DNA of 64,000 nucleotides from the human T2T-CHM13v2.0 reference genome, Homo sapiens: the NCBI RefSeq assembly GCF_009914755.1, contig NC_060932.1; one strand, 5' to 3'. Shown one piece after another: positions 32,473 through 50,101 of this stretch (its first letter is position 1; the number at the start of each line of letters is the position of its first letter). Made by a program: the position numbers and the translations under genes. The notes below the pieces were generated by a model. The model saw only the letters and a list, made by a program, of their open reading frames with translations. It made no database searches and was not told where the DNA came from.

Positions 32473-32807
32473 AGAAATAATTACTCTTAACAGTTTGCAG
32501 GATGCATTCCAATACTTGTTTTCCCCTCTGTGTATGAATGTATGAGGGTATGTAAAGTTTCTCTGCCTATATTTTATTTTTTAACAAATTAATTTATTTT
32601 TAACAAATTAAGATGAAAATCCAATGTTACTTTTTAAAATATTTTTAAAATATTTAATGATTACTAATGATTACTAATGTAATCATTAGTAATATGTATT
32701 AAATGTTGATAAATTAGAAAATAAAAAACACACATTGGACACATGTTTGCACACACATGCATGTCCAGTTTATATGGATAAACTGGAGATAAGGAATTTA
32801 TATTTAA

Positions 32808-33032
<225 letters not shown>

Positions 33033-33048
33033 TAGGCTTACCGGTTTA

Positions 33049-33256
33049 CATGTTGAGTATCTCTTATCTGAAATGCTAGGGATCAGAAGTGTTTCAGATT
33101 TTTTATTTTTTTCAGATGTTTGCATTATACTTACCAGTTGAGCATCTCTAATCCGAAAATCTGAAATTTGAAATGATCTAATGAGTATTTTGTTTGTCAC
33201 ATTACTGCTCAAAAAGTTTTGGATTTCAGATTTTTGGATTAGAGATACTCAGCCTG
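33049..33256. mobile_element. MER46/Tigger4-like MITE
   Basis: Terminal inverted similarity gttgagtatctct / agagatactcagc. Confidence 0.7.
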
Positions 33257-33513
33257 TGTTATTTATCAAATGAACTGAGTTCTTTCTAAGCCATATGCAA
33301 CAGGATGGGTTTCAGATTGCAACACATTGTTCTTTAGAGGACTTCAGAATGCTATGCAAAAAACATTTTAAACAGAACTAATGTGAATAGTTTTTGAAAC
33401 AGTAATATACATCAGCAGAGAAGCAGAGGGGAACTAGCAGGGGAAAGAAGGCAAGATTCAACATAAAAGAAATGATTCAGATAAAATGAGCAATTTAACT
33501 CAGGTAATAGTAA

Positions 33514-33858
<345 letters not shown>

Positions 33859-34440
33859 AATTTTTCCTTTTTTTAAAAAAAATTTATCGTAGTAAAAAAC
33901 ATGTAATTCTGGACTGCTCCCCATAGGGTTACCACCTCTTAGAAATTGTCCTCTAATGAAGGTGACTGGAATGTTTTCTCTGCTCATACTGTAGTATTAT
34001 AAATACATGTAGTCATTTGTACAAAAATTCTTCTAAGCCCTAGCTGCTGACTAAAAGCACTATATGAAGTTAGGAAATTTTAGAATGAAAGAATCTGGCT
34101 AGTCCCTTGAATTTGTAATGAGATTGACTGCTCTGTGTTACATGCCTGCCTTGTAGTTGTTTCCCCCATTGTCTGTCAAAGTGGAGAGTAATCCCAGATG
34201 GTTTGCATGGGAGGGCTACAAAGGGAGATGATCCTCAGGGACTCAGAGGAAGTATCTAAACACTGGTCATGCGTTATCTGAAGCCCACGTAACAGTTTCT
34301 TCAATAGTATTATCTTCAACTACTCTCTATAATGCTATCTGATAATATATCTAAATCTCTTCACGCACATTTTTTAAGAATGGCTTTTTTTGCTGTGTGT
34401 TTCTGACTACTAAACTGAGTAGTCTTCATTTCTGTTATAG

Positions 34441-34560
<120 letters not shown>

Positions 34561-34641
34561 TAGGAGTGTGTTATTGTAATTTCAATAAAAGAAACTTGAA
34601 ATTTGAAAATTATTAAAACATTTTCTTTTTATTTGTTTTAG

Positions 34642-34821
<180 letters not shown>

Positions 34822-34983
34822 TAGCATCTTCAGTTCTTACAAAGGCTGTGTCTAAAATAGGCCAGAGATAAGGATGGCAGGTGAAACATTCATCCAGTCA
34901 ACCAGATATTCTGGAACTGAACTATTTAAACTAGCACTTAAAAACAGCAAAACAAACTCCCAAATTAATAAAAAAAAGTTTCG

Positions 34984-35277
34984 GGCCGGGCACAGTAGGT
35001 CATGCCTGTAATCCCACCACTTTGGGAGGCTGAGGTGGGCAGATCACCTGAGGTTGGGAGTTCAAGACCAGCCTGACCAACATGGAGAAACCCCGTCTCT
35101 ACTAAAAATACAAAATTAGCCGAGTGTGGTGGTGCATGCCTGTAATCCCAGCTACTCAGGAGGCTGAGGCAGAAGAATCGCTTGAACGGGAGGCAGAGGT
35201 TGTGGTGAGCCGAGATCGTGCCATTGCACTCCAGCCTGGGCAACAAGAGCGAAACTCCGTCTCAAAAAAAAAAAAAA
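34984..35277 (+). mobile_element. AluSp-like in SQLE intron 6
   Basis: Sense Alu, TSD aaaaaaagttt. Confidence 0.9.
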
Positions 35278-36966
35278 GTTTTGATATGTTTTTGTCACAT
35301 AATAGCATAGTTTTTAGAATAATTGTTTTTATTGGCATATATGGTATTTTTAAAGGTAGTCTCTGGACACGAATCTGACTCTGAATTCTTTATCTCTTAT
35401 ACCTAAATATTTTTGTGCTTGGTTTTTGTAGTAATGACAGCTACCATTTCTTGAATGCTTACTATAAAGTGTTTAGCAAACATAATTTCATTTAATCTAT
35501 GTAACCACTCTGTGAGGTAGGCATTATCATTATTCTCATTTTACAGATGGGAGAACTAAGGTTCAGAGAGATTAGTTAGCTCCTCCAAGTATAAACTATT
35601 AGTAATGGCAGAACCAGGGTTGATATCAGGTCTGTCTGGCTCATATGTGCCTGTTTGAACAGACATGTCCTGTCCGCAGAATGTGAGAATTGTAAGGGAT
35701 CTTCAGGATCATGTTAGTTTTGAGTTGAATATAAAGGCTTCATGAGATTTAGATAGCTTTGTAAAAACATTAATAAAAATTACTTTTTCACAAATCTAAA
35801 GTTTTCATGGTACAGTTTTTAGGATCTTTTTTTGAGAATGGGATGATATAGGAAAGAAAAGTAAAAAAAATTTAAGAATTTTGATAAAATTGAAGGGAAA
35901 CCCTCATTGTCAATTATGATATGATTAGAGTAATAGGAAACTATTTTTGGTATGAGTACATTTTGTTTAAATATTCCGTTTTTTTCAAGTTATTTTTTAA
36001 ACTAAGTGAAACCACTTTAGTAACAAATTATTAACAGAAATGAAGTGAAATGAAGTGGGCAAACTTAGATTTTAAATAATGACATTTTCAACATGTACAT
36101 GGAAACATTTCAATAAATTTTCATTTAGTTAAGCCACTTTTGAAGCTTTCAGATGGGGAAATTATGAATATTTATGAAAAGGGTCATCGATTACCTGATA
36201 TTTTTAGCATTTATTTTTCTTTTATTGTAAATATGGTGGTTTTTCTTTTTTTTTTCTTTTTTCCAATCCAGAGGTTAATTGGAGTAGAGTGCCCTGAAAT
36301 TATGGAGAGAAACCATTGGTAGGTTTATATTAATATTAGTTAGATTACCAAGATTCTACTCCTTAATATGAATGGAATAATTTTTAACAGAGGCTTCTTC
36401 TGCTCCTCTATTCCCAGATCACACTGGGAATTGTATGACAGTTCATTTTCTATATAAGTAGCACAGAAATTTAAAGCTTGTTTGGAAGTATCTCAGAGAT
36501 GAGCTGATCAAACCATTTCATTTTTATAGATGAAGAAATTGAAGCTCAGAGAGGTAGGGCTGGCCTCGAATTCCTTTTCTAGTGTACATACCCTCCTGCT
36601 GTTTGTGAATTGGTAGTGTATTTCATCTGATTATTACAAGAATATATTGATTATAATACATTAAATATTAAATATGACAGTAGTCTGTTAACATTTGGAA
36701 GAAAGGTAGGTGGTTTTCTCCCTGTTTCATTTCATCTGAATTTGCCTCATTGTTTTTTCATTCAGTTGTATGTATGTTTATATTAATGTTCTCTTAGATT
36801 CCTTAGTCATTCCTTGGCATTAACAGCTAAGTGCTTAATGAATAATTTTATTAATGAAATAATTAGTTTTTGATTTATCACAAGGGATATATGTAACAAC
36901 CATAACAGATGTATAGTAGGCATTTGTTTATACTTGATAAGAAAATATGTGATACTTTGAAATTGA

Positions 36967-37161
<195 letters not shown>

Positions 37162-37316
37162 TGATTAAATTTATACTGTTACGAATAACTTCTGGGACAG
37201 ATAGTTTGTCACTGTGGATTAGTGCATTATTAATACCAAAATTAGTTTTATGATCTATTTAGTTATTAACATTGAGTGTATAGAAGTATTGTGCTAGTCA
37301 GGGAAACAACAGGTAA

Positions 37317-37669
<353 letters not shown>

Positions 37670-38064
37670 CGAGAAGGCAATTTTCTACTTAGGAATGTAG
37701 ACAGATAATTTTACAACACTGTTGATAAATAAAACCCACAGATTCAGTGTCAAGAAGTGTGCAGAGCAGGGAGGGAAGCTTGTGAAATGGGAGGGGTAGT
37801 TAGGGAGGACGTTGTTCAGGAAACAGTGGAAACAAAGGACCTTGGACCTGGAGGATGAGTGGGAGTTCATGAGGTGGACAGTAAGATGAGGAACTTCTAG
37901 GTAGATGGAATAACATTGCCAAAGGATGAGAAATGGTGGCACTTTCAAGGAACTCAAGCAGTTTCCTATGGCAGGAGCATAGGGTGGGTGTCAGAGTGGG
38001 AGACAGACCATTAACATTTAATCTTACAGACAATGGAAAGTCATTTGAAGTGTTTTCTTGTTAC

Positions 38065-39810
<1,746 letters not shown>

Positions 39811-40129
39811 TTAAAGAGGCAGTGGCGTGATTAGACTTTTATTTCAGGAATATACTCTGACATTTTTGTGGAGGATGGTTTGGAGGAAAGTCTGGTAAAA
39901 CATACACTAAGATTAATTATTCTGTCGATGATAAAAGGCCAGAACTAGGGTTGTAAAATGAAAGGTAATGAATAAATTTGGGTAATATCTAGGATGTAGA
40001 ATGTAAAAAACGTGATGATTTGGATATTATAATGAGAGTGAAATCTCTTGATGTAAATTCCAGGTTTCTGGCTTAGATAGTTTTGCCAGCCATTTGCTGA
40101 CATAGGAACAGGAAAAGGAGTTAATTGGG

Positions 40130-43100
40130 TTTTCTTTCTTTTTTCTTAGTTTGTCTTAAAGGTTTGCTGATTTTATCTTTTCAAAGAACCAACTTTTCAT
40201 TTTGTTATCTTTTGTATTTTTTTCATTTCATTTATTTTGGCTCTGATCTTTATTATTTTCTACTAATTTGGGGTTTGGTTTGCTCTTGCTTTTCTGGTTG
40301 AGATGCACTGTTAGGTTGTTTATTTGATGTTTTCCTGCTTTTTTGATGTAGGCACTTACTGCTAAAAACTTTCCCTTTAAGTATTGCTTTTGCTGTGTCT
40401 CACAGGTTTTATATATTGTCTTTGCATTTTTATTTCTATCAAGAAATTTTTATATTTACTTCTTAATTTCTTCATTGACCCACTGGTCATTCAAGAGCAT
40501 GTGGTTTAATTTCCATGTGTTTGTATACACAGTCTCCAAAGTTCCTCATAGTACTGATTTCTAGTTTTATTCCACTGTGGTCAGAGAAGATACTTGATAT
40601 GATTTCAATTGTTTTTTGAATTTTTTAAGCCTTGTTTTGTGGCCTACCCATGATCTATCCTTGTGAATGATCGATTTGCTGAGGAGAAGAATGTGTATTC
40701 TGCAGTTGTTGGATGAAATGTTCTGTGAATATTTGTTAGGTCTGTTTGGCCTGTAGTCCAGATTAAGTCTGATGTTTGTTGTTTATCTGTCTGGATGATC
40801 TATTCAGTGCTGAAGGTGGGGTGTTGAAGTCTCCAGCCATGATTGTATTGGGGTCTGTCTCCTTAGCTCTAATAATATTTCCTTTATATATCTGAGTGCT
40901 CCGGTATTGGGTGCATATGTAATTGTTACATCCTCTTGCTGAATTAACCCCTTTATCATTATCTAATGACCTTCTTTGCCTCTTTTTATAGTTTTTGTCT
41001 TGAAATCTATTTTACTGATGTAAATATCACTATGCTCTTTTTTGGTTTCCATTTGCATGGAATATCTTTTTCCATCCCTTCATTTTCAGTCTCTGTGTGG
41101 CTTTATAGGTGAAGTGTGTTTATTTTAGGCAGCAGATCGTTGGTTCTTTTTTTAAATCCATTCAGCCACTTATGCCTTTCGAGTGGAGTTTAGTCCATCT
41201 ACATTGAATGTTATTATTGGTAAGTGCGTACTATTGCCATTTTGTTTTTGTTTTCTGATTGTTTTGCTGTCTTTTCTTCCGTCCTGTTTCCTTTCTGTGA
41301 AGGTAATTTTCTCTGGTAGTATGTTTTAATTTCTTGCTTTTAATTTTTTTGCCTACCTCTTGTAGGCTTTTGATTTGAAATTACCAGGAAGCTTGCAGAT
41401 CATATCTTATAACCGATTATTTTAAACTGATGACAACTGATTCCACAGACGAGCAGAGAAAACTAATAAAAACTCTACACTTTATCCTCCTTGCTTTTTA
41501 ACTTTTGTGAGTTTTGTACCTTCATGTAATTGCTTACTGCTCGTTAAGGTCCTTTTCTTTTAGATTGAAGAACTCACTTCGGCATTTCTTGTGGGAAAGT
41601 TTGGTGTTGATGAAGTCCCTCGGCTTTTGTTTGTCTGGGAAAGTCTTTATTTCTCCTTCATGTTTGAAGGATATTTTCACTGGATATACTATTGTAGCAT
41701 AAAAGTTCTTTTCCTTCGGCACTTTCAGTGTGTCTTGCCCCTCTCCTGGCCTGTAAGATTTCCACTAAGTCTACTGCCAGACATACTAGAGCCATTGTTT
41801 GTTGTTTCCTTTCTCTTGTTGCTCTTAGGATCTTTTCTATATCCTTGACCTTTGGGAGTTTGATTATTAAATGGCTTGAACTAGTCTTGTTTGGATTAAA
41901 TCAATCACCAATCCTTGCTTGGTGTTCTGTAGCCTTCTTGTGCTTGAATATTGATATCTTTCTCTAGATTTGGGAAGTTCTCTGTTATTTTTTCTTCAAA
42001 TAAACTTTCTACCCTCATCTTTCTCTCTATCTCCTTTTAAAGGCCAAGAACTTAGATTTGCTCTTTTGAAATTATTTTCTAGATCTTGTAGGTGTGCCTC
42101 ATTCTTGATTATTCTTTTTTCTTTTGTCTCCTCTGTGTATTTTCAAATAGCCTGTTTTCAAGCTTACTAATTCTTTCTTCTGCTTGATCAGTTCTACTGT
42201 TGAGATTCTGCCATGTTCTTCAGTAAGTTAATTGAATTTTTTATCTCCAGAATTTCTGCTTGATTCTTTTAAATTATTTCAGTTGTTTTGTTAAACTTAC
42301 CTGATAGCATTCTGAGTTCCTTCTCTGTGTTGTCTTGAATTTTGTTGAGCTTCTCCAAAACAGCTATTTTGAATTCTCTGAAAGCTCACATCTCTGTTAC
42401 TCTGGGATTGGTCACTGGTGCCTTATTTATTATTGTTAATTTAGTGAGTTCATGTTTTCCTGGATGGTTTTGATGAGTGTGGATGTTCACCAATGTCTGG
42501 GCATTGATGAGTTAGGTATTTATTGTGGTCTTCGGAGTCTGGGCTTGTTTGTACCCATCCTTCTTGGGAACGCTTTTGAAGTATTCAAAGGGAAGTGAGT
42601 GTTGTGATCTAAGTCTTTGGTCATAGCAGCCGTATCTGTATTAAGGGGCACCCCAAGTCCAGTAACATTGTGACCCTTGCAGACTTGTAGAGGTACCGCC
42701 TTGGTGGTCTTGGGTAATATCTGGGAGAATTCCCTGGATTATCAGGAAAAGAACTCTTGGTTCTCTTCCCTTACTTTCCCCCAAACAGAGTCTGTCCTTC
42801 TTTGTTGAGCTGCCTGGAGCTGTGGGGGACGGGTGACACAGGTATGCCTGTGGCCACCATGACTGGCGTGTGCTGAGTCAGACCTGAAGCCAGTACAGCA
42901 CTGGGTATTGGTGAAAGGCTTGTGGTGATGACTGCCTGGTCACCGCTGATGTTCCCTCAAGACTCAAGAGCTCTACAGTCAGCACAAATCCAGCCAGGCT
43001 TGTGCCCTTCCCTTGAGGGCAGTGAGCTCCTGGGGGCCCAGGACTGGTCCAGAAATGCTGTCTGGGAGCCAGGGCCTGGAGTTGGGAAACTTAGGAATCT

Positions 43101-43490
43101 ACTTGGTGCTCTATTCTACTGCAGCTGAGCTGGCACCCAAACCTTAAGACATATTCCTTCCCACTCTTCCCTCTCCTTTCCTCAAGCAGAAGGAGCCTCT
43201 CCCCATGGCCACCAGTGCTCCAGGCCTGCAGTGAGTACTGCCTGGCTGCTGCTGGTGTTCACTCAAGGCTCCAGGGCTCTTCAGTCAGCTGGTGGTGAAT
43301 GCTGCCAGACCTGGGTCTCTCCCTTCAGTACAATGGGCTCCCCTCTCACCCAGGACGGATCCAAAAATGCTGTCCAGGTGCCAAGACCTAGAATCAGGGA
43401 CCCCAGGAACCCACTTGGTGCTCTGTCTCACTGGCCAAGCTGGTACCCAGGCTGACTTTTGGTTCTTATGAAGGTGCTTTCCTGTGTGGG
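40130..43490 (-). mobile_element. Old L1M 5' half: ORF2 endonuclease region, ORF1 and 5' UTR
   Basis: The minus-strand peptide YPVKISFKHEGEIKTFPDKQK is the L1 ORF1p C-terminus; GC-richer repeated 5' UTR units at ~42850-43450. Confidence 0.88.
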
Positions 43491-43796
43491 AGGGGGATGA
43501 TCGCCAGAGGACTTGCTTTGTATACCTGGATACCTGTAGATTCTTTTTATTTTCTTCATATTTTAAGGAGGCCTTACAAATGTATTGACATTATTGGACT
43601 TGTCATTAGGTTTGTATATGAGCTTCATGAGGGCAGAGGCCACACTCTTGTTATTACCATATCCCCAGTGCCTGGCCACCTATTAGGTACCCAACATTGA
43701 TTCAAACAACTCTTGAATTTTTGCCTCAGCAAATTTTAATCATGATTTGTTTTCATGTATTTTCACATTTTTCTTATTATTAGCTTACATCAGTAA

Positions 43797-44072
<276 letters not shown>

Positions 44073-44447
44073 TAAGAGCAGTGGGGCTCTGATGGGGAGA
44101 TCTGTACTAAGGAACCTGATGCTTTATAATAGCTCTTAGGCATCTTGCTTAGGCTTAAAGAACCTGACTTGCAACCTGTGAATCTTAGAGAATTTCTAAA
44201 TTTGAATATTATGTAACACTTGATTGCTATGGGCCACTTAGCTCATAGTGGTTGTAAATTTAGCTTCAGTGTCATATAACCCATTGCTCTGAAGGTGACT
44301 TTTTATTTTTTTTGTAAATGATAAACATAAGGCAATATTACTTGCAGATAGTCCTTAGAAGGATAAGTATCAGTTTGAGGGGACTATAAACATCAGTTTG
44401 TGCTTTTTTATCCTTACCATATAATAAATGAGCTATTTCTTTTTTAG

Positions 44448-44606
<159 letters not shown>

Positions 44607-45119
44607 TAAACAAGTTAGTGATTTGTCCAGAAATAAAAATGTTACCTGAGTTTGCTAACTCCCAAGTTGGTAGTTTTTTAAAATTCCATTTTGAGCAATA
44701 GTTGTAGTTTTAGTTTTAGTTTGGAAGGTAGTGGAATTTCCTTAGACAACATTAATAGCAATGCCTCAGTAACATATTCATTATTTTGAATTCCTCTGGT
44801 GCAGACTAGATCATGCTTGTCCTCACACACACAAGACTGTGATGGAAGGTGTTTTTGGCCATGTATTAAAAGGCAATGTAGTCTTTTTCTTCCTAACACT
44901 AGTTTCAATTTCTTTTTAAAGTAGTATTTTATAAAATGAATACAAGCTGTTAATCTTGTCCCTGTTGAAAAGCACAAGTAACAATGCATTCACCCTTTAC
45001 TTATTTGGATTATTTTGGTGCTTTTGTTTCTGTTTCCATATTATAGAGAGGTCACGGTCAATGTATATATTAGAGAAAACACAACTTAGCAGAAGCAGTG
45101 TTAGAAATGGAGGAAAAGA

Positions 45120-45415
45120 GGCCAGGCGAAATGATTCATGCCTGTAATCCCAGCACTTCAGGAGGCCAAGGCAGGAGGATCGCTTAAAGCCAGGAGTTTC
45201 ACACCAACCTGGACAATAAAGCAAGACCCCATCTCTACAAAAAATTAAAAGATCAGCAAGGCATGGTGGCGTGTGCCTGTAGTCCCAGCTATTTGGGACT
45301 ACTATATAGCTCACTACAGTGAGCTATATATGGTGAGCTATATGAAGTGCCACTGCACTCAGCCTGGGCAACAGAGTGAGACTTCATCTTCTAAAACAAA
45401 CAAACAAAAAATTAA
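45120..45415 (+). mobile_element. AluJ with internal rearrangement
   Basis: Alu dimer with an altered right arm; TSD agaaatggagga. Confidence 0.85.
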
Positions 45416-45776
45416 AAGAAATGGAGGAGAAAAGGCAACTGTGCCACCTCCTCACCACAGCAGTGTACACATCAGTTTAATAGTAGGTTAATGAAACTAG
45501 GCTTTTCAGTTTTCAAGAATAAATACTGACTCATATGCCACTACTCTAGTATATTTGCAACATAGCTATTTGTATGATCTGGCTGAGGCCCTAGTGATAA
45601 GTGCTGTGGTTATAATTACAAAAGATGATACAATAAAAATGCTTTCTGTAGCCTCTATAACCATTAACTCTTCCTAAGGAAAAAAAAAAAAACAAAAACC
45701 CCACCAATCTCACTGGTTATGATTTTTCCAAACAAATTTCTCTTGCTAAATTGGCATAGAAGTTAAAATGGCTGGT

Positions 45777-45873
45777 TGGGCAAATGAAAGTAACTAAGTT
45801 TAGAGTTTTGGGCAAATAAAAAGAACTAAGTTTAGAGTTTTGGGCAAATAAAAAGAACTAAATTTAAGAGTTT
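45777..45873. repeat. 32-bp minisatellite, 3 copies
   Basis: Unit tgggcaaataaaaagaactaagtttagagttt starting at 45777, 45809 and 45841. Confidence 0.9.
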
Positions 45874-46581
45874 TTCTGAGCTCTTCTTTCTAAGCTTTTC
45901 TAACTTCTTGAGTTCTTAACATTATGAATTTAAATCTACCAACAAAACAACATTTTTTAAAAGTTACAAGATTGGAGGAGGAAAGACCTTTATTGGAGCA
46001 AAAGTTTACCTGTTGCATCCTTTACTTTTTAAAATCTGTTGTAAAGAAAAATCTGGGCATACCTGAACAGAACATTGATTCTAAATGGTTAAAAAGGTTA
46101 TCAATTGATTACACTACATTGTGAGGGTTTTATGAGTTACTTTGAAAGGTATTAAAAACTTTATAGATATAAGGAATTATTATTTATCGCTACTCACAGC
46201 TCTCTTCACTTGATAATTTACTGCTTAGTTAGAGATACTGGTTGGACATCTTAGAGACTAGGAATTTGGTTTCTAGAATTGTGTTAAAAAGAGCTTCCAA
46301 AGTATTTTGCATCACTTAATGAATTAACAGCAAAATCAAGGAAGTACCTTTTAAACAACTCTTCCAAGACCTAAATATTAGTAGTTTTTTACTAACAGAA
46401 AAAAGTTTATTCATATTTATATTACTCTCCATAATGCTGATTATGGAATTCAGAAGAAATCCTGGTTGTTGAAATTCTAGGACTAGATATTTAAAAATTA
46501 TCTGCAAGATGTAGCGTTTGTTATTTCTCATTTTTTCTGATATATCATTAGCATCCTACATAAGTGTGTACACATATTTGA

Positions 46582-46692
<111 letters not shown>

Positions 46693-47541
46693 TAAGTTGT
46701 GATGGCACAGAGGATACAAACCTGCCAGATTTTCTTAGGACTGTTCAGTTGATGAATTACTGCAAATCTTTCCTCCTTACACATTTTGATATTTTATTAT
46801 CTGTTAGTATCCCAATGAGAAGGTGGCCCAAAGAAATGAAGAAACGCAATATTTAGTACTGTTTTCTTTCTAGGGAACAGCAGTTAAAGGTGGTGGTAGA
46901 GGAAGCTATAACCCTTGATTAAAATAGAAGCTTGTTTTTTGCCTATGGATTTATCCATATGTTCTGGTCTGTGGGAGCCAGGAATAATTGAGAAATTTTA
47001 ATTTAAGAATTAGTTTCATTGAAGTACAGGGACTTATACAACCCAGTATTAGTTTTGAGCGTACAGACATATGTGGAACTATTCTTGGAAAGTCTACAAA
47101 GTGAAATCTATCGAGTTATTTCTCATTTGCAAAGTGATCCTTTGAGTCATTTCTCATAATCTATAATCTGAATGTTAATACTGGTATTTTTAAAAGCCCT
47201 ACATCCCAACAGACCAGGCCATCTAGATATTTCAGCGTGGTGTCTCAGGATGAGTAAACAAACAGCTAAAAATATATGACTTATGTAAACTAGAGTTACA
47301 GGAGTTACTAGCTTTTCTGAAAGGGATATATTCTAAGTATTTTTTCTTAAAAAAAAAAAAAGGGGGGGTGGGGGGTTTGCTCCTGCCATCAAACTTAACA
47401 TGCAGACATATTTGTGACGTCCTCTAAAATGTAGAATGTTTCATACAGAATTATGATGCTTGGGTAAAAAAAAGTAGGATGTTTGTTGAGCTTCGTAGAT
47501 TATATGTAATTGGAACCTTTGGAGTAAATTTTAGTTTCTGA

Positions 47542-47766
<225 letters not shown>

Positions 47767-48086
47767 GCTTAAAGGGGAACCATTTGTGAATGAATATTTG
47801 GAACTTACCAAGTCCTAAGAGACTTTTGGAAGAGGATATATATAGCATAGTACCATACCACTTATAAAGTGGAAACTCTTGGACCAAGATTTGGATTAAT
47901 TTGTTTTTGAAGTTTTTTGTATATAAATATGTAAATACATGCTTTAATTTGCAATTTAAAATGAAGGGGTTAAATAAGTTAGACATTTAAAAGAAATGAT
48001 TGTTACCATAAATTAGTGCTAATGCTGAGGAGAACTACAGTTTTTCTTTTGAATTTAGTATTTGAGATGAGTTGTTGGGACATGCA

Positions 48087-48092
48087 AATAAA
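48087..48092 (+). terminator. SQLE polyadenylation signal
   Basis: AATAAA followed ~20 nt later by a GT/T-rich element (tgtctttttgtttcttgttgt). Confidence 0.85.
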
Positions 48093-49592
48093 ATGAAGAA
48101 TGAACTTTCGTGTCTTTTTGTTTCTTGTTGTGGGCTCGTTTACATAGCTTCATGATAATGAAAAAGAAAACCAAAGTGGGATGAAAAGTGCAGAGGGAAA
48201 CCTGTTCTATTAAATAACTGGGGAAGTTGCCTTAATGTCTTGACCTTGATTTCCTCCTCATCTATCCAGTGAAGCAATTTGATAAGGTTATTTTCTTTAA
48301 AAAAATTACTTATTTATTTATTTATTTTATTTTGGGGCTGTGACTCAGATTTGAACCGAAAGGTTCTTTGCTGAGTTCTCTGAAAATATCAGATTCTGAC
48401 AGGAAAGGCAATCAAGGGCTTTATAAGTTCCACTGTATAGCAACATTTATAAGGCAGCCCAGGATGACATCAAGAAACAGTGAGTGAACAAGTAAGCACT
48501 TGTAATACCCGGCATAATACCTTAAAATCCGTTAGGATTTACTGAGTTTATCTATAGTAAATTTGAAGAGACTATGGATGTTCAAAGGGTATCATCATAA
48601 AAGTTCAGTAAATCTCCAAATACCATGAAAGTAAATTGTTACTTCTGAAAGAGCAGTAAAATATAACCTGGCAAATGAAGCTACTACTTGAGATTCTAAC
48701 AGGGCTAAAATATAACTTACAAAGCTTTTACAATAAAAATTTCAATTTTTAAGTTTTTTCAGTTGAAAAAAATTCTTCACTGGCCAAATCACTAGCAAAA
48801 TCAGTTTCAAACATCACTGCCTTGTTTTAGTAGAGCATATGGTGGACCCATTTGCTTGGTTTCGTAAGATTCCCATCTAACTGACCCTAAACTTCTATTT
48901 TCTGGTTAAAAACTCACTTTCCCAGATCTGGCCTTCTTAGCAGTTAGTTAGCTTTCTTTTTCGAGAACAAAGATCTCACTTCATGTGGTTATTGTTAACA
49001 AGATTACAAATGAAAAATAACACGCTATCGTTGAGATATAGATGTTCCCACACACCGTCTTTGCAGGGGGTGAGACTTCCAAGCTCCCTACGTACCAAGC
49101 AACAGTTCTCTTAAAATTCTGCCCTGGCCTCGGTGCCCTCATGGCCAGGATTCGAGGTTACCCTTGTTCGCCACTGAGACTCCTTTAAAGTCCTTTCTAC
49201 TATGATAGTGAAATAATCAAAGCCTGTAAAGTCTTTTCTTCCCTTCAATATCAGAATTTGAGGCCTTCTGACAAAAGAAATAAAATGAGAAAACCGAAGG
49301 AACCTGAGAAATCCTTTAGTCCTAATTTTACAGATGATGCCAGTAGGCTGGCTTGGGACAAGGTGTAGCTTGTGGCAGAACCAGGACTCAAACTTACCCT
49401 CCTGATTGCAAATCAGTACATCTTCCCCCACCACTAGCAAAATGACTGTCAAACAGATTTTGGCTTCTGGGTTTGGTTTGGTTTGTTCCTTCCTCTCCAG
49501 AGAAGGACATAACCATAGAGATTTAGGGTGGAAACATCTTTCTTGCTCTCATCCAAGTTGTTGATACCCAAGTTGCCACAGTAGGATGGCAG

Positions 49593-49658
49593 TGATATGG
49601 TGTGGCTCTGTGTCCCCACCCATATTTCTTCATAGCAGTGTGAGAACAGACTAATAGT
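49593..49658 (+). mobile_element. Internally deleted THE1/MST LTR (66 bp)
   Basis: LTR start tgatatggtgtggctctgtgtccccaccc fused to LTR end tatttcttcatagcagtgtgagaacagactaata; TSD ggcag on both sides. Confidence 0.8.
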
Positions 49659-50101
49659 GGCAGCTTCCTTTTCAGGGTAATTTTCATGCAGAAATGATTT
49701 AGGATTTCGAGGGAGTTAAGCTTATGGGAAGGCTATTACCAAAAAGGACTCTGGATAATGATACGGTTGTGGGGACTTGGGGCAGGACTCAGGTTGCTGA
49801 GGAAGATACCGGAAGGAGCAGCTTTGTTAAGGAGTCCTACAGAAGGAATGCTGTGGACCCCCTAGGGCATGTGGGATTGGAAGAGGATGATGAGACACCA
49901 AGAAACTTCAATGGCACATGACACATTGTGTGGCCACTACATTTGCTACTAGTCTGGCTATCACCACGTGCCTGCCAGCTTGTTGGGGGTGAGCTATTAT
50001 ACCTAGCAGAGTCATCTCTTATTCCAAACAGGGTTTTTTACAGGGTGAATACACAGTTTTTGAATCATAAGCGAGACGACTTTGGGTACTAGTAATACTA
50101 T

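Noticed and set aside
45777-45873. CRISPR-like period of the 32-bp repeat
   Set aside because: No spacers and a eukaryotic intron context; a plain tandem repeat.
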